Shown here in pieces: positions 29,171 to 38,613 of a DNA stretch of 58,998 nt. The stretch is from Bacillota bacterium (GTDB lineage Bacteria; Bacillota; Clostridia; Oscillospirales; CAG-272), in contig JAQXSY010000030.1 of assembly GCA_029219205.1 (NCBI GenBank), positions 1-58,998 on the forward strand, read 5' to 3'. The notes beneath the pieces are model-generated. The model saw only the letters and a program-made list of their open reading frames with translations, was not told the DNA's origin and did not search any database. The translations under genes and the position numbers were made by a program. Every line of letters begins with the position of its first letter. Position 1 is the stretch's first letter.

Positions 29171-30466
29171 TCACGTGCTGTTTTTACCGGTTATCTTGAT
29201 TGAAACGGAATACGAGCCGAGCTCATATGAATTGCGTCCGTAATAGCTTATTTCGATAACCGCCGGCAAAAGGAGGTTTCCTTCTCTCTCCTGCTGCCCG
29301 CTCAGATCGACAACCGCCCTGATATTGTCCGGAGTCATATTCGATATGAGCGACGCCGGACATCTAACCGTAACTCCGAGACTCTCCGTCAGCATCTCAT
29401 ATTCAAGTCCGTTCGGATTATTTACCAATATATCGGTAACCATCACCTTTTTGGTAAGCATTCCGATGTTTTTTACCGTAATCGCGACGGTGTCTACGCC
29501 GTCGGCAGATTCAACGCCTTCGGGCAGCGTAATCTTTACGTTGTATGTTCCGTCCTCAAAAATCTGCTTTTCGTCGATAACATAATTGAACGACGCCGCA
29601 TCGACGGAGTCTGCCTCTCCCTTTATGCGTATTGCGGGAGGATCAAGCGTTATACTTGAATTTGAACTGTTGAAATAACCGTACCTGCCGGACGCGCTCA
29701 GCTCCATAAGCCGGTATTTGTATACCGGCACGGTAACCGTCACACGGTCGGTCTGCATTTTGACGTAGTTGTTTTTTAAAGTCTCTCCGGATCTGTCAAT
29801 AAGAACCGGAACGCCCGAACAGGTAACGGTTCTTGTAACTCTTCCGGGAGAAACCTCAACCTTTGCATAATCGATATTTTCAAGCAGCGACTCCGGTCCG
29901 GTAACCCTGACAGTGGAAATATCGGTGGTTATGTCGCTTGTACCGAGCTCATAACCTTCTTCAAGCATATAATCGCCTATCACTACTCTGACCGGCACCT
30001 GCATTGACGTGGTGTTGTCGAGATAAACCGTCACGCTGGAGGTAGACGAGCTTTCAAGCTCAACTCCGCCGGGAAGCGTATACTGTATGCTTACTCTGTA
30101 CTGGCCCGCGCTCCCGTTTTCTTCTTTGTTCAGCTCTGCATACGCGCGAAAATCATCAGTTGTAAATTTATTGAGCAGGCTCCGCTTTCCCCTGACGGTA
30201 ATATCCGTATACGCGCCGTCTCCGGACAAAAGAGACAGACCGCTTTCATTTACTATCTCAACCGGAATTGACGAAAAAGTTCTCTCATACGTGGGACTCT
30301 CTGTTCCCATAACGTAAAGCCAGATAAAAAACGCGACCGCAACGCAGCCTATCTTTGCAATTAAATCCAAAGTTTTGCTGTGTCTGACGCTCAGCTCTCC
30401 GTTGTTTTCCTGAGGAATATCGGAATTGTTATTTTTGTTTTCTTCTGTCATTTTCATTTTTACCAA
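29171..30466 (-). CDS. cdaR: YbbR-domain protein, CdaA regulator
   Basis: 431 aa with a single N-terminal TM helix followed by repeated YbbR-like beta modules. Overlaps the cdaA 3' end, and the real start may be one of the Met codons at 30451-30457. Confidence 0.8.
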   Translation of the reverse strand: MVKMKMTEENKNNNSDIPQENNGELSVRHSKTLDLIAKIGCVAVAFFIWLYVMGTESPTYERTFSSIPVEIVNESGLSLLSGDGAYTDITVRGKRSLLNKFTTDDFRAYAELNKEENGSAGQYRVSIQYTLPGGVELESSSTSSVTVYLDNTTSMQVPVRVVIGDYMLEEGYELGTSDITTDISTVRVTGPESLLENIDYAKVEVSPGRVTRTVTCSGVPVLIDRSGETLKNNYVKMQTDRVTVTVPVYKYRLMELSASGRYGYFNSSNSSITLDPPAIRIKGEADSVDAASFNYVIDEKQIFEDGTYNVKITLPEGVESADGVDTVAITVKNIGMLTKKVMVTDILVNNPNGLEYEMLTESLGVTVRCPASLISNMTPDNIRAVVDLSGQQEREGNLLLPAVIEISYYGRNSYELGSYSVSIKITGKNST

Positions 30467-31325
30467 ACGATATACGCTTTTTCACCGTTTCAGCAGGCGT
30501 ATATATGCGTTCAAGCTCCGTTTTCAGCGTGTTGTAATTGAAATTACGTTTCAGATTGCCGCCCTCCGCAACAGAAATCGTCCCGGTTTCCTCGGACACT
30601 ATGATAACCAGCGCGTCGCTGTTTTCGCTCATTCCGATTCCGGCCCTGTGACGCGAGCCGAGATCCTTTATTATGTCCTCATTTGACGAAAGCGGAAGAA
30701 AGCAGCCCGCCGCGTATATACGGTCGCCTCTTATAACAACCGCACCGTCATGAAGCGGCGCTTTGTTGAAAAAAATATTTTTCAGAAGAAACGACGACAT
30801 CTCGGCATTTACGACAACACCGCTTTTAATAATATCGCCCAGCTTTGTCGACCGTTCAATAACAATAAGCGCTCCGGTACGCTCCCTTGAAAGGTCGTTC
30901 ACCGCATCGCACATCTCACTTATGAAACGGTATTTTCCGGGAAGCTCTCGTGATTCGCCTATGCTTTTAAGCCCCTTCAGAGGCTCTCCGCCGACTTTTT
31001 CAAGCGCGGATCTCAGCTCCGGCTGAAAGACGATTATCAGCGCAAGCACTCCGACCTGAAACACATTTTGCATAATAAATCGAAGAGCATTCATCTCGAG
31101 CAGATCGCTCACAAGCTGAAGCAGCACAAGAACGATTACGCCGACGGCAAGTTTTCCCGCGCGCCTGTCGCATATGAATTTATAGATATAGTATAGAAGA
31201 ACCGCCACAATCGCAATGTCGATCAGATCCCAGAAGTTCATGGCGGTCACCTGACGTATGAGAAAATCCCACGCGCCGCTAAACGACTCCCTCAAAGCAG
31301 ACAACGCCTTCACCGTACCTTTCAA
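30429..31325 (-). CDS. cdaA: diadenylate cyclase (c-di-AMP synthase)
   Basis: 298 aa with three N-terminal TM helices and a DAC domain carrying HDGAVVI and LGSRHRAGIGMSE motifs. Confidence 0.92.
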   Translation of the reverse strand: MKGTVKALSALRESFSGAWDFLIRQVTAMNFWDLIDIAIVAVLLYYIYKFICDRRAGKLAVGVIVLVLLQLVSDLLEMNALRFIMQNVFQVGVLALIIVFQPELRSALEKVGGEPLKGLKSIGESRELPGKYRFISEMCDAVNDLSRERTGALIVIERSTKLGDIIKSGVVVNAEMSSFLLKNIFFNKAPLHDGAVVIRGDRIYAAGCFLPLSSNEDIIKDLGSRHRAGIGMSENSDALVIIVSEETGTISVAEGGNLKRNFNYNTLKTELERIYTPAETVKKRISFGKNENDRRKQK

Positions 31326-31503
31326 TGCCGTTTTATTTATTCTATCACATATGTGCGTTTATTTCAAAGGTTTTTTGTAAAAATTCAAATTAATTTCTAT
31401 ATATTTTTTACGTCGGAATAAATAATCAATAAAAATTTGAAAAAAGTCTTTTCTTTAAGTTAAAAATATGATATAATTTTTTTGAATCGGAGAAAAAAAG
31501 CAT

Positions 31504-32163
31504 ATGTATAAATATTCAACAGACAAAAAAATCGTAATTGTAACCGGACACTTCGGCGCAGGGAAGACAAATGTTGCGGTTAACCTTGCGCGGAGCATTT
31601 GTTCATCCGGAAAGCGTACCGTGCTTATCGACTTTGATATTGTAAATCCGTTTTTCCGGGCTGCTGACTGCAGAGCGGAGCTTGAAGCGGAAGGCATACG
31701 CTGCATCGTTCCGGAATACGCAAATTCCAATGTCGACGTTCCGTCGCTTCCGCCTGATATCAGCGCGGTGCTTGAGCGCGACAACTGCGAGACCGCCGTT
31801 TTTGACGTCGGAGGAGACGACAGCGGCGCAACTGCTCTCGCGGTATACTCAGACCGGATTTCGGCGAGAGGCTATGAAATGCTTTACGTAATAAACATGT
31901 ACCGGCCGCTCACGTCCGAACCGGAGGAAGCCGTATCGCTTATGCGTGAGATCGAACTTCATTCGCGGCTCCGCTGCACCGCAGTCGTCAATAACAGCAA
32001 TCTTGCTTTGCTGACTTCGGCGGATACGGTCAAAGCGTCGGAGGATTATGCCGCGAAGGTCTGCAAGCTTGCCGGACTGCCGCTTTTGTTCACATCGGCA
32101 ATCGGAGATGCGGTCTCCGAAGGAAATTTCAAAATGACTCCGGCGACGAAAAAGCTCTTCTGA
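31504..32163 (+). CDS. small P-loop NTPase of the MinD/ParA/CooC-like type, function unknown
   Basis: 219 aa with an N-terminal P-loop IVTGHFGAGKTNVAVNLA and a Walker-B-like AVFDVGGDD. No DNA-binding or membrane-targeting segment is evident. Confidence 0.6.
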   Translation: MYKYSTDKKIVIVTGHFGAGKTNVAVNLARSICSSGKRTVLIDFDIVNPFFRAADCRAELEAEGIRCIVPEYANSNVDVPSLPPDISAVLERDNCETAVFDVGGDDSGATALAVYSDRISARGYEMLYVINMYRPLTSEPEEAVSLMREIELHSRLRCTAVVNNSNLALLTSADTVKASEDYAAKVCKLAGLPLLFTSAIGDAVSEGNFKMTPATKKLF

Positions 32164-32252
32164 ATCCTGAAACATTCCATAATTATTCGTTTTTCGCATT
32201 CAATATTCACTATTAATTCATTAATTCCACCACGGAAAGAAGGTTTAAATAA

Positions 32253-32465
32253 ATGAACAGAACAGTTTTCAACGCCGAACGCTGTAAAGGCTGCGGTCTG
32301 TGCGTTGACGCCTGCCCGAAAAAAATCATCGCGCTGGAACAAGACACAATGAACTCGAAGGGATATCATCCCGCTCACGTAACGGAACCCGAAAAGTGTA
32401 TCGCCTGTTCGATGTGCGCCATGATGTGTCCGGATACGGTAATTACAGTTATTAAAGAAGTCTGA
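32253..32465 (+). CDS. korD: 2-oxoacid:ferredoxin oxidoreductase delta subunit (2x[4Fe-4S] ferredoxin)
   Basis: 70 aa with two CxxCxxCxxxCP motifs (CKGCGLCVDACP, CIACSMCAMMCP). Confidence 0.85.
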   Translation: MNRTVFNAERCKGCGLCVDACPKKIIALEQDTMNSKGYHPAHVTEPEKCIACSMCAMMCPDTVITVIKEV

Positions 32466-32497
32466 GCTTAGAGTCAGGGAAAGGATCGATATTAAAT

Positions 32498-33556
32498 ATG
32501 GCAAAGGTATTAATGAAGGGTAACGAAGCCATAGCCGAGGCAGCCATCAGAAGCGGCTGCCGGCTTTATTTCGGATACCCGATCACACCTCAGACCGAGG
32601 TTGCGGAATATATGGCAAAGCGTATGCCGAAGATCGGCGGCCTGTGTCTTCAGGCCGAGAGCGAAATTGCGGCAATCAACATGGTACTCGGAGCCGCGGC
32701 TTCCGGAGCAAGAGCGATGACGTCGTCGTCGTCTCCCGGTATAAGCCTCAAGGGCGAGGGAATAAGCTATATGGCCGGATCGGACGTTCCGTGCCTTATT
32801 CTGAACGTTCAGCGCGGAGGTCCCGGACTCGGAGGCATTCAGCCCGCGCAGTCGGACTATAATCAGGCTACAAAGGCCATGGGCCACGGCGACCTGCGGC
32901 TTGTCGTATATGCTCCTTCAACGATACAGGAAACAATCGACCTCACGAGGCGCGCATTTGACACCGGAGACAAGTTCCGCGTTCCCACAATGCTTCTTGC
33001 GGACGGCGCGCTCGGACAGATGATGGAACCCGTTGATTTTTCCGGAGTCGAGGATGTTATTCCTCCGGAAAAGCCCTGGGCCGCCTGCGGACACGGAGGT
33101 CAGAGAAAAAAGAATATAATCAATTCGCTCTATATCCAGCCCGAAGAACTCGAAAAAATTGTACGCGAGCGTTATGAACGCTACTTGCAGATCGAAAAAG
33201 AGGAGACTCTTTACGAGGAGTATCTCACCGACGACGCCGATATCGTGCTCGTCGCTTTCGGAATTGCAGCCAGAATATGCCGTTCAGCTGTTAATGCAGC
33301 GCGTGAAAAAGGCATAAAGGCCGGACTTTTCCGTCCCATAACGCTTTGGCCCTACCCGAATGCGCCGCTCAGAAAGACCGCAGACAAAACGAAGGCGTTC
33401 CTTTGCGTCGAACTTAACATGGGACAAATGGTAAACGACGTTAAGCTCGCCGTCGAATGCTCAAAACCTGTTTATTTCCACGGACGTACCGGCGGCATGA
33501 TGCCGACTCCGGAGGAAGTTCTCGCGGAAATTGTTAAACTCAAGGAGGCGCTTTGA
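32498..33556 (+). CDS. korA: 2-oxoacid (2-oxoglutarate-type):ferredoxin oxidoreductase alpha subunit
   Basis: 352 aa. MKGNEAIAEAAIRSGCRLYFGYPITPQTE is typical of the POR/KOR alpha N-terminus. Confidence 0.9.
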   Translation: MAKVLMKGNEAIAEAAIRSGCRLYFGYPITPQTEVAEYMAKRMPKIGGLCLQAESEIAAINMVLGAAASGARAMTSSSSPGISLKGEGISYMAGSDVPCLILNVQRGGPGLGGIQPAQSDYNQATKAMGHGDLRLVVYAPSTIQETIDLTRRAFDTGDKFRVPTMLLADGALGQMMEPVDFSGVEDVIPPEKPWAACGHGGQRKKNIINSLYIQPEELEKIVRERYERYLQIEKEETLYEEYLTDDADIVLVAFGIAARICRSAVNAAREKGIKAGLFRPITLWPYPNAPLRKTADKTKAFLCVELNMGQMVNDVKLAVECSKPVYFHGRTGGMMPTPEEVLAEIVKLKEAL

Positions 33557-34311
33557 TTATGGAAAAAATTGTTTTTGAACGTCCGAAATCTCTCTCAGAC
33601 GTACCGCTTCACTACTGCCCGGGCTGTACTCACGGAATTGTTCACCGGCTTGTTGCAGAAGTTATAGACGAACTCGGAGTTGAAGACCGCACCGTCGGAA
33701 TAGCTCCGGTCGGCTGTTCTGTATTTGCATATAATTATTTCGAATGCGACATGATCGAAGCGGCGCACGGACGCGCTCCGGCGGTTGCGACGGGAGTTAA
33801 ACGCGCTCACCCGGACAATATTGTGTTTACATACCAGGGCGACGGCGACCTTGCGGCAATCGGCACGGCAGAAACCGTTCACGTCGGCGCAAGAGGAGAG
33901 AACATAACTATAATCTTCATTAACAACGCCATATACGGCATGACCGGAGGACAAATGGCTCCGACCACGCTTCCGGGTCAGGTAACAACTACATCTCCTT
34001 ACGGACGTCAGATTCCGATACAGGGAAATCCTGTTCATGTCTGTGAAATGCTTTCAACGCTTGACGGAACGGCATTTGCCGAACGCGTTGCGGTTGATTG
34101 TCCAAAGCACGTCATCGCGGCGAAAAAAGCAATAAAGAAAGCTTTTCAGTATCAGATAGACAAAAAGGGGCTTTCGATTGTCGAAGTGCTTTCGACTTGT
34201 CCGACAAACTGGGGCAAAACCCCGAAAGAAGCGCTCGAATGGGTACGCACCGAAATGATCCCGTTCTACCCGCTCGGCGTTTACAAGGATATATCCGGGG
34301 AGGAAAAATAA
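33553..34311 (+). CDS. korB: 2-oxoacid:ferredoxin oxidoreductase beta subunit (TPP-binding)
   Basis: 252 aa with CPGCTHG and the GDGD...NN TPP motif (YQGDGDLAAIG...IFINNAIYGMTGGQ). ATGA-type overlap with korA. Confidence 0.9.
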   Translation: MIMEKIVFERPKSLSDVPLHYCPGCTHGIVHRLVAEVIDELGVEDRTVGIAPVGCSVFAYNYFECDMIEAAHGRAPAVATGVKRAHPDNIVFTYQGDGDLAAIGTAETVHVGARGENITIIFINNAIYGMTGGQMAPTTLPGQVTTTSPYGRQIPIQGNPVHVCEMLSTLDGTAFAERVAVDCPKHVIAAKKAIKKAFQYQIDKKGLSIVEVLSTCPTNWGKTPKEALEWVRTEMIPFYPLGVYKDISGEEK

Positions 34312-34312
34312 T

Positions 34313-34855
34313 ATGGCAACCGCTTCGATACTTCTCGCGGGCTTCGGCGGACAGGGTATTCTGTTCGCTGCAAAGCAGCTTGCAAAATCTGCAATGGACA
34401 CCGGCAAAAATGTAACCTGGCTTCCTTCATACGGACCCGAAATGCGCGGCGGAACGTGCAACTGCGGCGTCGTAATTTCCGATGACGAAATCGGTTCGCC
34501 GATCGTAAACCGTCCCTCCGTTCTTGTAGCCTTCAACATCCAGTCATTCGATAAATTTGAGCCGGCAGTCGTCAAAGGCGGATCGCTTTTCGCCGACTCG
34601 TCTCTGATCAATAAAAAATCAAACCGCACAGACATCGTCTGCCGTTACATTCCTGCCACAGAACTTGCGTCCGAAAACGGACTTACCGGTATGGCAAACG
34701 TGATTATGCTCGGATACATTCTCCGTGAAACCGGAATTTTTGAATATGACGCGTTTCTTCATCATATGATCGACGGAATACCGGCTTCAAAAGCTGCGCT
34801 TATCGAAAAAAACACCAAGGCATTGGCAATAGGATATAATTATTCCGAAAAATAA
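34313..34855 (+). CDS. korC: 2-oxoacid:ferredoxin oxidoreductase gamma subunit
   Basis: 180 aa. ILLAGFGGQGILFAAKQLA is typical of POR/KOR gamma subunits. Confidence 0.9.
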   Translation: MATASILLAGFGGQGILFAAKQLAKSAMDTGKNVTWLPSYGPEMRGGTCNCGVVISDDEIGSPIVNRPSVLVAFNIQSFDKFEPAVVKGGSLFADSSLINKKSNRTDIVCRYIPATELASENGLTGMANVIMLGYILRETGIFEYDAFLHHMIDGIPASKAALIEKNTKALAIGYNYSEK

Positions 34856-34880
34856 ACTTCAATAAGCGAGGTACAAAATT

Positions 34881-36875
34881 ATGGTTTCAGAAAAAGACAT
34901 GAGCCTTCGCAGGCTGGCGCTTCCGTTTGTTTCAGCGGCAAGCGTTCCGGTTTCCTTTTGCTGCGGCGGCAAAACCGTACGCGGTATCCCGGAAGAGTTT
35001 TCACCAAGGATAAACCGTATCGAACTTAACTCAAGCGTTGTTCTGACCATAGTTGAAGGAACAGACAAAAACGGGCTAACAATTCGTGCGGAATGCACTG
35101 AGTACAGAGATTTTCCCGTAAGCGAATGGGTTGCATACCTCACAAACAACGGCGAAGAAGATACGCCTGTTATTTCCGATTTCAGAATTATCGGAACAGT
35201 CTTTTCCGGCACCGAACCGACGCTGCTCCGTTCAAACGGAGACTACCGTAAAGCGCAGGCGTACAATCTCGAGACAGAGAAAATCGACCGCCCGATAGAC
35301 ATTTTCCCGGATCCGGAACAAGGGCTTTCGTGTGCGGGAGCCTCGCCGTATATGAGACTGAAATTCGACTCCGTTTCAGCTTTTACAAACGAACCGTACT
35401 TTATTAACATGGCAATAGGCTGGTCGGGAGTATGGCGCGCGATGTTTGAACCCGTCGGCGACGGAGTCAGCGTTTTTGTCAGCCAGTACCGCTTCAATAC
35501 GTATATAAAGCCCGGAGAGACGATGCGTTCTCCCAAGGTAACGCTTATGGCCTGCAGCGGAAGCGACGAATCCCGTGCAAGAAATATGTGGCGCAGATGG
35601 TACTTTGAGCATATTCTTCCCCGTTCAGACGACGGAGGGAGAATTGGTCCGATGCTTTGTCTGCATGTTTTTGCGGAAAACGGAGATGAATTTACCGGCG
35701 CGACCGAGGAACAGCAGGTAAAGGGCCTTGAAAAATACATAGCACGCGGCCACAAGCCGGATGTATGGTGGATAGACGCAGGCTGGTACAAATGCCACAC
35801 CTGGTATGACAGCGTGGGCTCATGGAGCCACGACAAAAAGCGCTTTCCGAACGGTCTCGGTCCTATTGGCCGGGTATGCAATGAAAACGGAGTAAAACTG
35901 CTTTTGTGGTTTGAACCCGAGCGTGTTTCAGCAGGCTCCGAGCTTTACCGCGAACACTTCAACTGGCTGTATCCGTCCGCAAAGGGACCGGATTATGCGT
36001 TTAACCTCGGAAACCGCGAGGCCTGCGACTGGATGATTTCACGCGTTGACTCTCTGATCAAGCAATACGGCATAAAGATTTACCGTCAGGATTTCAACTT
36101 TGGTATTTACCCATACTGGGCCGAAAACGAAGCAGAGGATCGTGTCGGATCCCTTGAAAACCTTCATATTCAGGGATACCTGAGATACTGGGACACGCTC
36201 AGAGAGCTCAATCCCGGACTTATCATAGATTCCTGCGCAGGAGGGGGCAGAAGAAACGACCTCGACACCATGCGCCGTTCGGTTACGCTTCATTATACGG
36301 ACATAGGATACGGCAACCACCCGATAAAACAGCTTCAGCACCGGTATATGTTCGAATGGATTCCGTATTTCCGAGCGCACAATATGAGCTGGGATAACCA
36401 CGACGGAACTTATCAGCCGGTTGAGAACAGAGAGCAGGACAGCTTTGCTTTCCACTGCGCGATGGCGCCGGCGCTTACCGATATGACAAACCGCAACGCA
36501 GACGACGCTCAGATGGAACTGTCGGTAAAAATGACCGCAATATGGCGCAGAGCAGCAGAACTTATGCTCACCTGCGATTACTATCCGCTTACCGAGTGCA
36601 AAGCGGATCCCTCAGACTGGTATGCAATGCAGTTTGACGGCTGCGGCAAAGGCTTCATTCAGGTTGTGCGCAATATCGCCGTAAAAGAAAACGAATATAC
36701 CGCGTTTCCTCATGTTGAGGATGAAAACGCGATTTACGAATTTGAAAACGGCGAAACTGGAGAGCGCTTTAACGCAACAGGCAGGCAGCTGCTCGAAGGC
36801 CTGCGCGTAACGCTTCCGGAACGTTCCGGACTGATACTGTTTTACAAACGAACAGACGCCGGCGAAAACAGCTGA
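34881..36875 (+). CDS. GH36-like (clan GH-D) alpha-galactosidase / alpha-N-acetylgalactosaminidase-type glycosidase
   Basis: 664 aa and cytoplasmic. Blocks WWIDAGWY, LLLWFEPERV, KIYRQDFN and IIDSCAGGGRRNDLDTMRR match the layout of the GH36 catalytic barrel (K-x-D nucleophile region and C-x-GGG-R-x-D). The assignment is from memory of the family. Confidence 0.62.
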   Translation: MVSEKDMSLRRLALPFVSAASVPVSFCCGGKTVRGIPEEFSPRINRIELNSSVVLTIVEGTDKNGLTIRAECTEYRDFPVSEWVAYLTNNGEEDTPVISDFRIIGTVFSGTEPTLLRSNGDYRKAQAYNLETEKIDRPIDIFPDPEQGLSCAGASPYMRLKFDSVSAFTNEPYFINMAIGWSGVWRAMFEPVGDGVSVFVSQYRFNTYIKPGETMRSPKVTLMACSGSDESRARNMWRRWYFEHILPRSDDGGRIGPMLCLHVFAENGDEFTGATEEQQVKGLEKYIARGHKPDVWWIDAGWYKCHTWYDSVGSWSHDKKRFPNGLGPIGRVCNENGVKLLLWFEPERVSAGSELYREHFNWLYPSAKGPDYAFNLGNREACDWMISRVDSLIKQYGIKIYRQDFNFGIYPYWAENEAEDRVGSLENLHIQGYLRYWDTLRELNPGLIIDSCAGGGRRNDLDTMRRSVTLHYTDIGYGNHPIKQLQHRYMFEWIPYFRAHNMSWDNHDGTYQPVENREQDSFAFHCAMAPALTDMTNRNADDAQMELSVKMTAIWRRAAELMLTCDYYPLTECKADPSDWYAMQFDGCGKGFIQVVRNIAVKENEYTAFPHVEDENAIYEFENGETGERFNATGRQLLEGLRVTLPERSGLILFYKRTDAGENS

Positions 36876-36986
36876 TTCACAAAATAAAAATGAATGATGT
36901 TCCGGATGCTTTGTATAACCGGTTTCGTCGTCAGATAGCTTTTGTTTTGAGATCAATTATTTATATTTCAGAAAGGTTTTTTAGAA

Positions 36987-38447
36987 ATGAGTAAATGTGA
37001 TATAGGTCTTATCGGCCTTGCCGTTATGGGCGAAAACCTCGTTATGAACATGGAAAGCAAGGGCTTCCGTGTTGCGGTATTCAACCGTACGGTCGAAAAA
37101 GTAACAAATTTCGTTAACGGACGCGCCGCAGGAAAGAATATCGTCGGCTGTATGTCGCTCGAAGAGCTTGTGGATAATCTTGAAAAGCCGCGCCGCATTA
37201 TGCTTATGGTTAAAGCCGGCAAGCCCGTCGACGATTTTATCGATAAGCTTATCCCTCTGCTTGAAGAAGGCGATATCATTATCGACGGCGGCAATTCGCA
37301 CTTCCCCGACACCATAAGACGCTGCGAATACGTTGAGTCCAAAGGAATGCGTTTTATCGGAACCGGAGTTTCCGGCGGCGAGGAGGGCGCGCTCAACGGT
37401 CCTTCAATGATGCCCGGAGGAACCCCCTCCGCTTGGGAATATGTTAAACCCATATTCCAGGCGATCTGCGCAAAGGTCGAGGACGGCTCGCCCTGCTGCG
37501 ACTGGGTTGGCGAAAACGGCGCCGGTCATTTCGTTAAAATGGTTCACAACGGCATTGAATACGGCGATATGCAGCTTATCTGCGAGGCATATCAGCTTAT
37601 GCGCGATAACCTCGGTATGTCCGCCGAAGAAATGCACGAAGTTTTCAAAGCATGGAAAAAGACCGAACTCGACAGCTATCTTATCGATATAACGACAGAT
37701 ATACTCGCATACAAAGACGAAGACGGCGAGCCTATCGTAAATCATATTCTTGATACTGCAGGACAAAAAGGAACCGGAAAATGGACTGCTATCGCCGCTC
37801 TTGACGAAGGCGTTCCGCTTACCCTGATCGGAGAAGCCGTTTTCTCACGCTGCCTCTCCGCAATGAAGTCCGAGCGTGTAAATGCGTCAAAAGCGCTTGG
37901 AGGATCCTACCAGAAATTCAACGGTACTGCTGAGGAAAAAGCAGCGTTTATCGAATCAATACGGAAGGCGCTTCTCGCATCAAAGATTATTTCTTATGCT
38001 CAGGGCTACACTCTCATGAGAACGGCAGCCAAGACATATAATTGGAACCTCAATTACGGCGGAATCGCGCTCATGTGGCGCGGAGGCTGTATTATTCGTT
38101 CGGTATTTCTCGGCAAAATCAAGGAAGCGTACGATCGTGATCCTTCGCTCTCAAATCTGCTGCTTGACCCATATTTCAAGGACAAGATTGCATCTCTCGT
38201 TCCCGAATGGCGTACAGTTGTCGCTTCGGCAGTTCTGGCAGGCGTTCCGACACCTGCGTTTGCATCCGCTCTTTCATATTTTGACGGATACCGTTCGGAA
38301 TTTCTTCCCGCAAACCTGCTCCAGGCGCAGCGCGACTATTTCGGCGCACACACATACGAACGCCTTGACCATGAACGCGGCGAATTCTTCCATACCGACT
38401 GGACCGGCCACGGAGGTAACACTTCTGCCGGCGTATATAACGCATGA
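36987..38447 (+). CDS. gnd: 6-phosphogluconate dehydrogenase, decarboxylating
   Basis: 486 aa with [16 protein letters not shown] and [21 protein letters not shown] motifs. Confidence 0.95.
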   Translation: MSKCDIGLIGLAVMGENLVMNMESKGFRVAVFNRTVEKVTNFVNGRAAGKNIVGCMSLEELVDNLEKPRRIMLMVKAGKPVDDFIDKLIPLLEEGDIIIDGGNSHFPDTIRRCEYVESKGMRFIGTGVSGGEEGALNGPSMMPGGTPSAWEYVKPIFQAICAKVEDGSPCCDWVGENGAGHFVKMVHNGIEYGDMQLICEAYQLMRDNLGMSAEEMHEVFKAWKKTELDSYLIDITTDILAYKDEDGEPIVNHILDTAGQKGTGKWTAIAALDEGVPLTLIGEAVFSRCLSAMKSERVNASKALGGSYQKFNGTAEEKAAFIESIRKALLASKIISYAQGYTLMRTAAKTYNWNLNYGGIALMWRGGCIIRSVFLGKIKEAYDRDPSLSNLLLDPYFKDKIASLVPEWRTVVASAVLAGVPTPAFASALSYFDGYRSEFLPANLLQAQRDYFGAHTYERLDHERGEFFHTDWTGHGGNTSAGVYNA

Positions 38448-38462
38448 TTCCCGCTTAAAAAC

Positions 38463-38510
38463 AAAAGCCGGAAAAACTTTTTTAAAAGTTTTTCCGGCTT
38501 TTTTTATTTT
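38463..38510. terminator. bidirectional rho-independent terminator
   Basis: Perfect palindrome AAAAGCCGGAAAAACTTTT/TTAAAAGTTTTTCCGGCTTTT followed by a T run. Lies between the convergent gnd and the membrane-protein gene. Confidence 0.8.
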
Positions 38511-38613
38511 GAAACTCGGCTGCCGCTTTACAGATTGAAAATCTTGCGTCTGACAGGCTCTTCGGAGGACTTTTTCCATTCTTTCCGGCATAAATAAATC
38601 ACGTTACAAATAA

